Below, in pieces: positions 50,782-64,000 of a DNA stretch of 64,000 nucleotides. The stretch spans positions 40,176,001-40,240,000 of the forward strand of contig OX597821.1 in NCBI GenBank assembly GCA_951406725.2. The letters are read 5' to 3'. Origin of the DNA: Octopus vulgaris (lineage: Eukaryota). Position 1 is the stretch's first letter; every line of letters starts with the position of its first letter. The notes beneath the pieces are model-generated. The model was not told where the DNA came from. It made no database searches and saw nothing but the letters and a program-made list of their open reading frames with translations. A program made the translations under genes and the position numbers.

Positions 50782-52026
50782 TATGGTTATCTTTTTTTTA
50801 ATTTTATTTCTGTTTTTTGCTTGTTTTTTTTTTATTATCTGAACACTGAATATTCTTAAAGTCATTGACTCTTTTGAACAGAAGTCTCTTCTTTCTAACA
50901 AACCATTTATCCCCAAGGTAGAAATGGCACCAAATTTCAATGAAAAGAAACTGAAGCAGCAGTGAAGTGCTATGTCATAGAGGTGGTGGTGGTGGTGGTG
51001 GTAGTAGCCATGGTAGGGCATCTTAGCTGCAACAAAAAAAAATATGAACTGATGACTATGGAGACATCTGTTAAGCAACCACGCTATATTTTAATGTATA
51101 CAGTTAATATCTGTGGCAATTTGGAACTGCAATTTATCAATCATCTAAATAATTTTTCCTCTTTATTTATTTCTTTACTATAACTGTCCATGACAGCTTC
51201 CATATGATGAACAAATGGTTGTTTTATTATTTTACTTTTTAATTTATCTCTTTCAATGGGCAACTAAACTAAAAAAAAACATCATGTGATGGCAAAATAA
51301 TTAGCATTGACAGATTTTGGAATCTAATAATATCTGTGAACCTCATCTCACCGATCTATATTTTAGTGATGAGGAATCATAATGTTACAGACTAGATTAT
51401 GAAAGAGATGCTGTTGGATTCTGTGAGAAATTCTATTGTAAACAGTGTGGATAGAAAGATATGGTTTGGTTGATCGAATAGAAAATCATATTTTAGAATG
51501 TTTAGTCTATGAGTTATCACCTCACGGTTTGTCATGGATAGCTTTCTTTCTTGTGTGAGTGTGTGTGTGTGTGTGTGTGTGCGTGCACGTGTGTGCATTA
51601 TGCTCTCAGAATCTTACGGAGGATGTTTATCACAACTATAACGACCACAACTGCTTCGATCATATCACAAGCAAAATAAAATCAGAAAGAATGAAATCTC
51701 AGATTTTTTCCAGAGATTCTAAGAGAAGTGGTGTTAGTCATTCTTTTCTCATCACAAACAATACAAAGGTGTTTCTAAAAGAGAATGAAAACAAAATAAA
51801 ATATAACACTAATATAGGCGCAGGCATGGCTGTGTGGTAAGAAGTTTGCTTCCCAACCACATGGTTCTGGGTTCAGTCCTACTGCATGGCACCTTGGGCA
51901 TGTGTCTTCTACTCTAACCTCAGGCCAACCACAGCCTTTATCGTGAGATTTGGTAAATGGAAACTCAATGAATCCTAATGTGTGTATATATATATAATAT
52001 GATATAAATAGTATACATACATGCAT

Positions 52027-53300
52027 ATCATCATCATCATCATCATCGTTTAATGTCCGTTTTCCACGCTAGCACGGGTTGGACGGTTCGACCGGTGTCT
52101 GGGAAGCCAGGGGCCACTCCAGGCTCCAGTCTGATCTGGCAGAGTTTCTACGGCTGGATGCCCTTCCTAACGCCAACCACTCCGAGAGTGGAGTGGGTGC
52201 TTTTTACGTGCCACCTGCACAGGGGCCGGGGGGTCCGGCATCGGTCACGATCGGTTCGAGCTTTTAACGTGCCAGCGGCACGGGGGCAACGGGATCCGGG
52301 GTACTTTGAATGGGTAGGGGCTATGTGGAATTGATGCAGAAAGCAGCCCGGGTCTTTGCAGTCACAGCATATCTCCAGAGATCTCGGTCCTTCGCCATTG
52401 CCTCAGTGAGGCCCAATGCTCTGAGGTCATGCTTGACTACCTCATCCCATGTCTTCCTGGGTCTACCACTCCCCCTGATACCTTCAACTGTTTGGGAGTG
52501 GCACTTCTTCACACATCTCTCTTCATCCATCCGCAGCACATGACCATACCATCGCAAGCGTCGCTCTTGCACACCACATCTGATGCTTCTTATATCCAGC
52601 ATTTCTCTCAGGATGCTTACACTCTGTCTTGCGTGCACACTGACACTACACATCCAGCGGATCATGCTAGCTTCATTTCTTTCAAGTCTACGCATGTCCT
52701 CTGCAGTCACAGCCCATGTTTCATTACCGTGAAGCATGGCAGTTCGCACACATGCATCATACAATCTACCTTTCGCTCTGAGGGAGAGACCTTTTGTTGC
52801 CAGTAGGGGTAGGAGCTTTCTGAACTTTGCCCAGGCTATTCGTATTCTAGTGGTGATACTCTCTGTGCATCCACCTCCGCTACTAACTTGGTCACCCAGG
52901 TAGCGGAAACTATCAACTACTTCTAGTTTCTCTCCCTGGAGTGTGATGGAATCTGTTTTCTGAGTGTCTGTTGTGTCTATTGTCCCTGTGCATCTGCCGC
53001 ACATGAAAGCTATCTTATCTGTTAATTTCCCTTTAATGTTGCTGCACCTCTTATGTGTCCATAGCTTACATTGGGTGCATCTTATGGAGTTTCTACCTGT
53101 ACCTTTCCTACAGATTGAGCAGGGCCACCTACCCAAGGGGGTGTGTGCTGAGTACCTCTTGCTGCTTACTATTACTTTGGTCTTTGCTACATTTATTCTA
53201 AGGCCCTTTGATTCTAACCCTTGCTTCCACACCCGAAATTTCTCTTCTAGTTCCGGTAGTGATTCTGCTATGAGAGCTAGGTCATCGGCATAGAGGAGCA
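52027..53300 (-). mobile_element. 5'-truncated young RTE-clade LINE (ORF 3' part, 3'UTR and (GAT)n tail)
   Basis: Continuous ORF, then 3'UTR, then (atc)n at 52027-52047; the 5' end abuts (TA)n. Confidence 0.92.
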
Positions 53301-53301
53301 T
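52321..53301 (-). CDS. RTE retrotransposon RT C-terminal fragment with PHD-like C4HC3 finger (partial, transposon-derived)
   Basis: [68 protein letters not shown]; no stops in 326 aa; the initial ATG arises at the junction with (TA)n. Confidence 0.9.
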   Translation of the reverse strand: MLLYADDLALIAESLPELEEKFRVWKQGLESKGLRINVAKTKVIVSSKRYSAHTPLGRWPCSICRKGTGRNSIRCTQCKLWTHKRCSNIKGKLTDKIAFMCGRCTGTIDTTDTQKTDSITLQGEKLEVVDSFRYLGDQVSSGGGCTESITTRIRIAWAKFRKLLPLLATKGLSLRAKGRLYDACVRTAMLHGNETWAVTAEDMRRLERNEASMIRWMCSVSVHARQSVSILREMLDIRSIRCGVQERRLRWYGHVLRMDEERCVKKCHSQTVEGIRGSGRPRKTWDEVVKHDLRALGLTEAMAKDRDLWRYAVTAKTRAAFCINST

Positions 53302-53318
53302 ATGTATATATGTATATA

Positions 53319-53386
<68 letters not shown>

Positions 53387-53394
53387 CATATATA

Positions 53395-53750
53395 TCATCA
53401 TCATCATCATCATCATTGTTTAACGTCCGTTCTCCATGCTAGCATGGGTTGGACGGTTCGACCGGGGATCTGGGAAGCCAGAAGGCTGCACCAGGCTCCA
53501 ATCTGATCTGGCAGTGTTTCTACAGCTGGATGCCCTTCCTAACGCCAACCACTCCGTGAGTGTAGTGGGTGCTTTTTACGTGCCACCTGCACAGGTGCCT
53601 GGCGAGGCTGGCAATGGCCACGGTCGGATTGGTGTATTTTATGTGCCACCAGCAAGGAAGCCAGATGAGGCGGTGCTGGCATCGGCCACGAGTCGGATGG
53701 TGCTTTTTACGTACCACCAGACCAGGGATCCTGGCTGGTTCAATTCGATT
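53395..53750 (-). mobile_element. RTE LINE 3'UTR fragment
   Basis: (cat)n tail and 3'UTR signature. Confidence 0.85.
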
Positions 53751-53769
53751 TATATATATTCTTTTATTG

Positions 53770-54163
53770 TTCTTTTATTTTGTTTCACTCATTTGAGTGC
53801 AGCCATGCTGGAGTATCACCTTTAGTTGAACAAATCAACCCTAAGACTTATTCTTTGTAAGCCTAGTACTTATTCTATCGGTCCCTATCGTCTAACCGCT
53901 AAGTTACAGGGATGTAAACACACCAACATCAGTTGTCAAGTGATGATAGGGGACAAACACATACATATACATACACACACACATAAATACATACATATAT
54001 ACGACAGGCTTCTTTCAGTTTCCGTCTACCAAATCCATTCACAAGGCTTTGGTCGGTCAGAGGTTATAGTAGAAGACACTTGCCCAAGGTGCCACGCAGT
54101 GGGACTGTACCTGGAACCATGTGGTTTGTAAGCAAGCTACTTACCACACAGCAACACCTGTGC
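53770..54163 (-). mobile_element. Full-length abundant tRNA-derived SINE
   Basis: Reverse complement of 13395-13800. Confidence 0.88.
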
Positions 54164-54164
54164 T

Positions 54165-54195
<31 letters not shown>

Positions 54196-54773
54196 TTATT
54201 ATTTATATTACTATTTGATTGAATGCCACACATCCATTTCCAAGTAAGTTTTTATATATATATATTTATATATGTATGTATATATATATTTCTGTGTACA
54301 TTTTTCTGCATTTGTTTCCTCCCCACCCCTCCCACTTGGCAACCAAGATTTGAAAAAGAAATAAGTAGTGGGGTTGATTTGTTTGACTAAAATTCTTGAA
54401 AGCTGTGCTCCAGCATGGCTACAGTTTAGTAACTAAAACAATTAAAGGATAAATAAAAGTTGAAAGATGCTGTCATACTGTGACAACAATGGAAGGTTTT
54501 TGTTTGTTAATTAAAAGATAGAAAAGAGATGTTTTATGAAGGGGATTTTGCTCTTCATTCTGTCTGCAGTGGGGTAACCAATGTTTGTGTTGCTGCTCAG
54601 ACACTTCGCTGGACGATAAACTGAAAATATGTTTCTCGAGAATTCAGTTTGGAAAGGTACAAAATGATGCATTTTAAAATATATGGATCAAAGGTTTACT
54701 CTTATACCAATACCACAACTCCCAGTCGTAGTAGTAGTTGTAATAGTAGTAGTAGTAATAGTAGAAGTAGTAT

Positions 54774-54826
<53 letters not shown>

Positions 54827-56222
54827 ACAGCAGCAGCAGCAGCAGTCAACTATTTGTTGTAAACTTACTTTACCTGTTACTAAGAATTAGTTATCAAGCG
54901 GCAGTATATCCTCCAAGCCATCCTGTTTAAAGATTGCTGTCTCTGTCTTAGTTCCAAAATTCTTCCTCATCAAATTTTCACTTCAGTGTGTCTTTAAAGT
55001 GAAGTTGAGGCCTTCTGAACAATAAAAATAACGATAATAGGAATTTGGTAATAGTGTTACTCATTTGCCATTGTAAAAGCTCTCGTGCACAAGGATAAAA
55101 CAGAAAGAAAATCAATACTTGGTAATTATTGATAGCCAATCAAAACACTGTGGTAGTAAATTGTTAGCTCACCATTCTTTGGAGTTCGTTAAATTCCAAC
55201 ATGTCAGCTAATTGGTTAAAGAGTCATGAAACTATTATTTTACATTATGGACACTGCACTATAACCGAAAGAATTGAGAATCTTTAGTCCATAGCTACAC
55301 TCTTTATCCAAGAATGGCAATCTCTTAGAGTTGAGAATAATGTTTGTCTAATGCTCCATCAATGTGCATGATGAGTTTTAAATAGGTTTGGTAAACAAAC
55401 TATAATACCATAAGCAAGAACAAGGTCAAGACCCAATGACACAGTAGAAAGAGATAATTGGTTGATTCTACTCCAACAGAACATTCCAAGATGATCAAGT
55501 ACCTATTTCTGGTAATGTAGAATAAGTGTTCTAATCAGAAGAATGCTAATGGATCTAAACTCATTATTCATTAGCAAACATTCCAAAATATTATTCACTC
55601 TCTTTTTCTTTTTTGCCCATGTGTTCCATAAATGTGCAAAAGAATATGGAATTGTGGAATTGCCTCTGACAGCTCCAAAAAGACTTTAAGGACAAATCCT
55701 TTATTCTTTGTATCAGAATTTGTGAAAAATGATACTGCAGGTCACAGGTTTCCAGCATCGGAATTCCATGTTTACTACACTTCGGATGGTGAAAGTGACG
55801 AGGGAACGTCTATGTAATTTAGTTGTAATTTGGTACAAAGAACTTCGTTGTTACAAAATACATTGTTAAAAGGGAACAAAGAATTTTCCCCAAACTTAGC
55901 ACATGCTTCATGACATTGCATGGATGGGAAATAAATCACATCCATAAACCACCTTATAGTCATTTGTCAGAAGATCTGTCACCTATTCCCAGGTGAAATG
56001 AGACACAGAATAATGTTACTCAAATATAGAATGACACTGATTTGATTTTGCCTGCTGGGTTGCTGGTTCTGTTTTACAGCCAACCAGCATTACCTTAAAT
56101 TCTCACATATTCCTTTCTATTCTGTAAAGGTCCCACACAGAACCCATACAGGTTAGCAGACAATTACTCATTTTCAAAATGCACTTTACTCTAAATATAT
56201 AACACACCACAACTGTCCCTCT

Positions 56223-56287
<65 letters not shown>

Positions 56288-57068
56288 GGCCAAGTAAACT
56301 TCTTTGCTTTCTTTTGTTATACAATAAGCCATAGAGGCAACAGAAGAGGTGACCTAATAGCGATGTATGTGGAACTAGCAGTAAATCGATGAGCAGTTAG
56401 GAAATTTATGATTCTGATACCAAATTCTTTCCACATGAAACATTAAAACCTTCCTTGCTTTAGCAGTTATTTGCATTATTGATCATGTTAAAAAGAGGAG
56501 AAACTAGCATAATATGAACACAATACTAGTCTATTGGCAGTTAAATATCATATTAAACTTGTATTTATTTTTTATATTCACTTACCATTCATGCATAGAA
56601 ATGTGTTGACTGGTTTCTAAAGTATCCATCCAAAAGTAAAGAGATCAAACCCTATTGCTGCAATAAAATTGTGATCCTAGATAATGCATATTAATTCACT
56701 GGCTTCTCTCGATCCACAAGGTGACAGCTTGCTAATATCAAGGTCAAGTGGTTACCATTTAGAAAGGTTACAACATGCAATCATAACTGCCACCATTAGC
56801 ATCATCACTATTCTATCATCACAACAACCAATTCATATTTGCATATGAACACTTGCAGGGACTTTTGTAGGATCTCTTGTAGGACAGCACATTACACTCC
56901 ACTCAGTACACTATCAAGTCACGTGTGCAGCCCAACACTGTGCAGTCTGCTGTCATTAATTCTTACTAGGAATTATTTCTTGCTACTGTCTTCTCTCAAC
57001 ACAAATTAATTACCCTAAGCCAAATTAATTATTTGCAGGATCAAATAGAATCAAGGCATTTCGATAAT

Positions 57069-57275
57069 CCTTTCTACTCTAGGCACAAGGCCTGAAATTT
57101 GGTGGGAAGGGGCCAGTCAATTAGATCGACTCCAGTACACAACTGGTACATAATTTATCGACCCTGGAAAGATGAAAGGCAAAGTCGACCTCTGCAGAAT
57201 TTGAACTCAGAATGTAAAGACGGATGAAATATCACTAAGCATTTCACTTGGTGTGCTAACGATTCTGCCAGCTCA
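57069..57275 (-). mobile_element. tRNA-derived SINE with Nin-domain-like core
   Basis: Reverse complement of the 5' two thirds of 15997-16230, with a different 3' tail. Confidence 0.75.
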
Positions 57276-57730
57276 TTGTTTTAAGGCATTCAGACACTGA
57301 GGCAAAGTCTGTGACAGCTGTAGTGAACCACAGTCCATTTGCATTATTATATACATATATGTATATTCATATATGTGTATATATGGAAAAAATGTCAAGG
57401 TAGAAAATGCTAAAACAATTTTATAAAAAACATTTCAGTACTGGTTCCAGTTATTGAGACTTTTTCAACTGTAAGTATGGAAAACAATTTTGGAAAAATT
57501 AAAAGAAAAAAGTGTTTTAAAAGAACATTTGCATAGTATTCAAATACAAGGGGCATTTTCCTTGTTTCTGCCTGTCTCTGTCTCTCTTGTTTACTCTTGT
57601 GGGTTCGACAACGACCTCGAACACAGGTGACTTGATACTGTAATGTATACATACATATATATACATTTATATATATATATATATATAAATATATAAGTCA
57701 CTCACTATGCGAGTACATCTCCGTAATATG

Positions 57731-57762
<32 letters not shown>

Positions 57763-57766
57763 TATA

Positions 57767-58358
57767 TTGTACCCAGTGCAAGCTATAGACACATAAGAGG
57801 TGCAGCTGTGTCACTGGATGACTAAAGGAGAAGGTAGTCTTTACATGTGGCAGATGTGCAGGTACATTAAACACCAGGAATGTACAAAAAATAGACTCCC
57901 TCATATGTTAAGGAGGATCCCTAGAAACAGTAGATAGTTTCCATTACTTAGGCGATTGAGTCAGTAGTGGGGGTGGTTGTTCCAAAAGCACAGCTGCTAC
58001 AAAAGGATTAGGCTGGGTGTCATTGAGAGAGTTACTACCCTTGTTAGTAGTGAAGAGCCTCTCCTTCGGAGTGAAAGGCAGATTGTACGATGCCTGTGTG
58101 TGAGCAGCTATGCTACCTGGCAGTGAGACATGGTCTGTGACTACTGAGAGTGTGTGCAGACTTGAAAGAAATGAAGTCAGTATGCTTTACTGGATGGGTA
58201 ATGTCAGTGTGTATATACAAGAGAGTGTAAATGATTTGAGAGAAAAATGGTATATGCAGTATCAGATGTAGTGTAGATTGTGCTGGTATGGCCATGTAAT
58301 GCATATGAATGAAGACAGCTGCATCAAGAGGTGCTGATGCCATGTAAAAAGCATCCAT
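57767..58358 (+). mobile_element. Degenerate RTE ORF fragment
   Basis: [47 protein letters not shown] aligns with the 52321-53301 protein. Confidence 0.85.
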
Positions 58359-58458
58359 GCTGGGGCTATGTTATTGATTCCACTAAAAGTTTCTCCTGTT
58401 CTCAGGAGAGAATTCTAGTGGAGTCAATAGCACAATAAATAATAGAAATATGGAAACA

Positions 58459-58866
58459 GGTTTATGCAACTGTGTCAGAAATATAGTATGCCCATTGGAC
58501 TCAGATGTCTTGCTAGAAACCGTGTCTATAGATGCAAAATTACTTCAGAGGGAAGAGAATATTGTTATATAGGGTCCAGCTCTTGTTCTTTCAAAAAGAG
58601 ACTAACTAATCATTTAAATTTTTTTAAAGATAGGAAAAAAAAAGCTAAACAATACAAGCCTAAGTCAACTAATTTGTCAATTAAAGACAAAAACAATTAC
58701 TATTCTATTGAATTGGAAAAAAAATAACATTGCTGAGCCTTCTTGGGTAGGGGAAAATAGATGTGACTTGTGTGTAGAGGAACTACTGAATATTTACATC
58801 ACAAAATGCATTAATACAAGAGATGAACAAGCCATATGATATTTGTGCAAACATGGTAAGACTTAA
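58459..58866 (+). pseudogene. Penelope-like GIY-YIG endonuclease remnant (possibly Naiad-type)
   Basis: Across frameshifts: CNC..CP..CL..VYRCKIT..YIGSSSCSFKKRLTNH..F..TSLSQLI..W..RCDLCVEELLNI..INTRDE..CKH. Confidence 0.8.
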
Positions 58867-59311
58867 ATGATATAAAGATAATTCTAGATAGCAAGTGATC
58901 AAACAACAATTGAACTTGATATAATGGATAGAATAACATAACCTAAACATTAAAAAGATGTAATAACCCTCATTAATAAACTAATAAATAGTCCATCAAA
59001 CTAAAATATAACACAAATCATGAGCAGCTCAGCAAAAAAAAATAATGAATATATAAATAAAAAAGATCTCTTCACTACAAACACTATACTCAAAATCAAA
59101 ATTAAACACGCACAACCATTAAAAGGAACAAGAAGCTTGTAAGAACACTACTCTCAGCCATGACCTATTTTATACCTAGCCCTCACTTCGGACAGCAACT
59201 GGTGTGAACTTGAGGTCAACAACACAAGCCTATAAATAGCACCCTTCCACCTCCTGCAGAACACTAACAAAAATTTACTTCACTCAGTTCACTGCATGGA
59301 TGACCAAATGG

Positions 59312-59400
59312 ATGAACCCTGATGAAGCTGCACTGATAGTAATGCAAGGTTGCATCTACAGCTGTGAGTAGTCAATGCAGTCGAAACATGTTTAGGTCAT
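59312..59400 (+). ncRNA. Type I hammerhead ribozyme in the Penelope pLTR
   Basis: Stem I atga(a)cc/ggtcat; CTGATGA 59319-59325; stem II gctgcactga/tcaatgcagt; GAAA 59383-59386; acatgt; UUA site at 59392-59394. Confidence 0.7.
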
Positions 59401-59583
59401 TATAAAATGCTGTATTAAATTATAAAATAAATTTTGTAGATGCCAGTCAGGCAGCGCTGGCATCTGCCATGTTCAGACAGTGCTTTTTACGTGCCACCGG
59501 AACGGGTATCGTAACTACAATTTCCATTTCATTTTTATTTTGATGTTGGTGTTGACGTACTTGACTCAATAGGTCTCCTTAAG

Positions 59584-59621
<38 letters not shown>

Positions 59622-59863
59622 GTGTGTGTGTATGCATGTGTGTGTACTTTTGTGTTTGTTCCCACTGCTGCTTGATAACTGGTGTTGGTTTATTTACATC
59701 CCCATAACAAAGTGATTCAGTGAATGTGAATGATAGAATAAATGCCAAGCTTAAAAAGATAAGTATTGGAGATAATTTGTTTGACAAAAATTCTTTCAAG
59801 GCAGTGCTACAGCATGACCACAGTCCATTCACTGAAACAAATATAAAGGATAACATACATATG

Positions 59864-59897
<34 letters not shown>

Positions 59898-59910
59898 GTA
59901 TGTATATATA

Positions 59911-59945
<35 letters not shown>

Positions 59946-60608
59946 GCATAGGGTAAATAGTAAGACTGAAAGAATCTGTTAATAGCAAATTAGAAAGCAT
60001 TAAGTAGTGAATGTGAAATTTGGTTGGCATAATAGCTTTATTAGAAACTGTTTAATGAATGCAATCTTTGAAAATTTATTCAGTTTCTAAGTTGAGTTCT
60101 TTGTTGCTAATCTGAGTCAACAATAAGCAGCACATAGTTAAATAAACCATGGCATGTCTTATTGCAGATTCATTAATGGCTATAATCTCAGAGGTTTAAA
60201 ATGAAGACAAAACTCAGGTTGAATGAAACATGAGATGAATAAAATTTTTAGTCAATTAGAAAAGAATTGATTTAACCATTTCTATTTGCATTTGTCTTGA
60301 AATAGCAAACTTAAGCACCTGAGTTGTGGGGGATTTTTAAAAATTACTCTAATGTTTCTTCAATATATTAGTTCTGTTTCAAATATTTTATCTTTGTACT
60401 TGTATTAAGAATTTAATAGAAAAATAGAGAAAAATCATTATAATTAGATTTATAGAGGGTCTGGTTATATTGAAGAATTTAGTTCTTTGCAATTATTTAG
60501 CAAAACAAGAATTTTGAAGAAGAGGTCATTTGCTGAATTTTATTCGTTTCATTCAACAGTAAAAAATAGAATCTCTTTCACGGTTTGGCTTAATCAGATG
60601 CGTCTATC

Positions 60609-60662
<54 letters not shown>

Positions 60663-61314
60663 GCCTATTGACTTCAGGACATATTTCTCTTAAAATATAT
60701 CCATAGTAGGATTTGGATTCAATTCTTCTCCTGTCGCTTCCAGCAAGCTGCTTATCCCCCATAATTCATAGTTGTGAAAACAAAAATATGTAAATTTATC
60801 CCAAATGCAAGTGAGGAGATTTTAAGGTTCCATGATTTATCTAAGGGAATATTTATGATCTGACAACTAGTTTGAGAATGGTACAAAGAATTAAGTGTGC
60901 TGGCTGAATGTGGTAGAAAACAATTGCAGTGGGTTACAGCCCAAGCCATTTGATAAAGTTATCCAGTACAATATGTGTGTGTGTTTAAATTCTTGACCTC
61001 GTGCTGCAAATAACCCAACTATGGGTCTGTAATAACCAATATTGATATGATGCTGACAGGAACTGTTTTGATATTGATTTGCCCCGTTCCTCACTTACAC
61101 GTTTCCTACTTATTTTGAAAATCTTGTATTGCTGCATGTTATATTGATAAAGGAAGGAAGAACATGGCTGCTTTGAATGTAGGAAGCTTCTATGCTTTAT
61201 TTATTGACAGATATATAGATGGCTGTTTTACAGACACTTGAAAACTGGGATGATTTGTATAAAATATATTTATATCTAGCTATCACTCTCTCTCTCTCTC
61301 TCTCTCTTGCATTC

Positions 61315-61649
<335 letters not shown>

Positions 61650-61851
61650 TTAAGATGTATTTCTTGATTTCTGAGTGTTTCTTCATGTCTGCAACGTAGG
61701 AATATAAAATTTTTACCTTTATATAGTGTCTGACGAGCTGTCCACAAGATTTGGCATTGTAGATACTAAATCTTGGGTAACTCTATGTCCAAGATATAAA
61801 ATTCTTTATTGTAATAATTACTGCTCTATTCTTTAGAGTGTGCTGCTTTCT

Positions 61852-62220
61852 GTGCAGGAGTGGCTGTGGGGTAAGTAGCTTGCTTCCCGACTACATGGTT
61901 CTGGATTCAGTTCCACTGCATGGCACCTCGGGCAAGGGTCTTCTACTATAGCCTCGGGTCGACCAAAGCCTTGTGAGTGGATTTGGTAGACAGAAACTGA
62001 AAGAAACCTGTTGTATATATATATGTGTGTGTGTGTGTGTCCCAACATTGCTTGACAACTGATGCTGGTGCACTTACATTCCCGTAATTTAGCAGTTCAA
62101 CAAAAGAGATGAATAGAATAAGTACTAGGCTTACAAAGAATAAGTCCTGGGGTTGATTTGCTCGACTAAAGGTGGTGCTCCAGCATGGCTGCAGTCAAAA
62201 TGACTGAAACAAGTAAAAGA
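61852..62220 (+). mobile_element. Full-length abundant tRNA-derived SINE
   Basis: As 13395-13800; a further 5' half at 62320-62480. Confidence 0.9.
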
Positions 62221-62269
62221 ATATAAGATATATATGCATACATATGTATACAAACACACACACACACAT

Positions 62270-62320
<51 letters not shown>

Positions 62321-62724
62321 GGCACAGGCATGGCTGTGTGGTAAGAAGTTTGTTTCCCAACCACGTGGTCCTAGTTTCAGTCCTTCAGTGGGACATCAAC
62401 GGCAAGCATCTTCTACTACTACCTTGGGTCAAACAAAATCTTGTGAGTGGATTTGGTAGATGGAATCTGAAAGAAGCATTTCATATATAAATATATTGAT
62501 GCATATGTGTGTGTATGTTGTATGTATGTGTGTGAGTATGTTGTGTGTTGTGTGTATGTGTGTGTGTTGTGTGTGTGTATGTGTGTGTATGTGTGTGTTG
62601 TGTGTGTGTGTTGTGTTTGTGTGTGTGTGTGTGTGGAGTCCCTCATCTAAACAGGAAATATATATACGTACTCATGTATATATCTACGCACTTGTACGTA
62701 TGTATGTATCTATCAATATCTATC

Positions 62725-62755
<31 letters not shown>

Positions 62756-63611
62756 ATATATAAAAATATGTATGTGTATATATATATATACTCACATACA
62801 CACACACATATATATGTACATTTGTAAACATCTGTAAGTGAGTGTGCATTGTGCATCTGATCTCACCTATAAATGCATATGAAGGGATCTATGTTTACAA
62901 TCATGGCACGATAAGAAAGAAATATTGTTATTTTTGCTCTTTCAATCTTTCCCTCCCCCTCCATTCTCTCTCTCCCTCTCCCTCTCTCTCTCTCTTTCCC
63001 CCTTTCTGATTCCTTTCCAGATGACATTTCACTTTACTTGACCTTTGAATATCTAACTATGCCTGTGTCACATTGTGTGTGATCATTTCTGCTGACCTGC
63101 TCTCATGGAGTGTTGACAGTCAACTTCACAGAATGCTCAGCACCCAGCTGTGCTTATATTGTATCACTGCCACAGCATTCCCGGTCAAAATATTTAACTT
63201 TGACCAACTATATTGACCAAAGCTATTACAAATGACAATAAGTTACAGTTTTAAAGCAGCACTAGTTCTCTGCCATTATGTCTAAGCCTTCATCTCAAAA
63301 ACAAAGGGCAATGGGAAACAGTTTCAATGAAATCTTCCTTCAGTTATTTTGATCCCATCTAGAGTTATGACTCTGTTTCATAGTGTGATATTAATATGAT
63401 ATTGTGACTAGCAAATTTGTGCTCTTGTTGTTGGTGGACGATGAAAATGTTTTGCTAGGGCTGCATTTAGAAGTAATTAACAACACTCAAAAACAATTGA
63501 CAAAAGATTTACTTACTGCACATTCTGTCTTCAGTGTTGGTCCTTTGATGACAAATAAAAGCAACAATTTATACACACCGTGAGAGACATGCTACTGAGA
63601 TCTTCAACAAT

Positions 63612-63840
63612 TTAACTCTTTCGTTACCAACCCAGTTGAAACCGGCTCTGGTTCTGTAGTACAAATGTCTTGTTTTCATAAGTTTTGACTTAAAATCTTC
63701 CACCAAACCTTAGTCACAATTTATGTTGTTAACACTAGCTTAATGATAAATAAGTTATTTTACTAAATTCTTTGTTATATTTTAAATAACTGAAAGAAAC
63801 ACAAAGCATCTCAAAATAAATACAGTAATGAAAGGATTAA
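63612..63840. mobile_element. TTAA-flanked piggyBac-type MITE
   Basis: TTAA|ctctttcgttac ... gtaatgaaagga|TTAA, imperfect TIRs; degenerate relatives near 9421-9585, 21256 and 45590-45810. Confidence 0.7.
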
Positions 63841-64000
63841 CAGTTTTATAGTAATCTGTGGCCAGCCCATCACAAACGAAGAATAATCACACTCTATTCA
63901 CGATGACAAAATCTGTGTCTTCTAAACTGTTATGCAAAGGCAGAAATTAAAGCTGCCCCTTCAACATTCTGCAGTTGCCACCAAAAATGCACCTTTTTAT

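Larger units (their letters stand above)
58369..59440 (+). mobile_element. 5'-truncated Penelope-like element (EN C-terminus, 3' region and pLTR with HHR)
   Basis: 5' hairpin 58369-58432, GIY-YIG remnant, TATAAATA at 59231, HHR at 59312-59400, aataaa downstream. Confidence 0.8.

Noticed and set aside
58837-58839. In-frame TGA in the GIY-YIG remnant as selenocysteine
   Set aside because: Not at a conserved Cys position, and the copy is frameshifted; more likely decay

Overview
AT-rich, microsatellite-dense animal genomic DNA. Its repeat content (tRNA-derived SINEs with an internal TA/TG microsatellite, Nin-domain-like SINEs, RTE LINE 3' ends with (GAT)n tails, CR1-group fragments) resembles an octopus/coleoid cephalopod genome; this is an inference from recalled repeat families. 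No host protein-coding gene could be identified, and almost all listed ORFs are microsatellite or repeat translations. Recognisable coding remnants are all transposon-derived: a young 5'-truncated RTE ORF with a PHD-like finger (52321-53301), other RTE pieces, three CR1-group 3' ends, a decayed DD37D (maT) Tc1/mariner transposase and a decayed Penelope-like GIY-YIG endonuclease. The most striking signal is a set of hammerhead-ribozyme (HHR) motifs from about eight unrelated short repeat families. Some have canonical cores (5685, 11677/11411, 35852, 59312) and others have variant cores shared between copies (CCGACGA, CUGUAGAA, GUGAACAG, CUGAUGA+A). Most sit in fold-back, Penelope pLTR-like insertions in or beside (TA)n tracts, and some have target-site duplications or captured inverted flank. 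All structures were read by eye, not computed.
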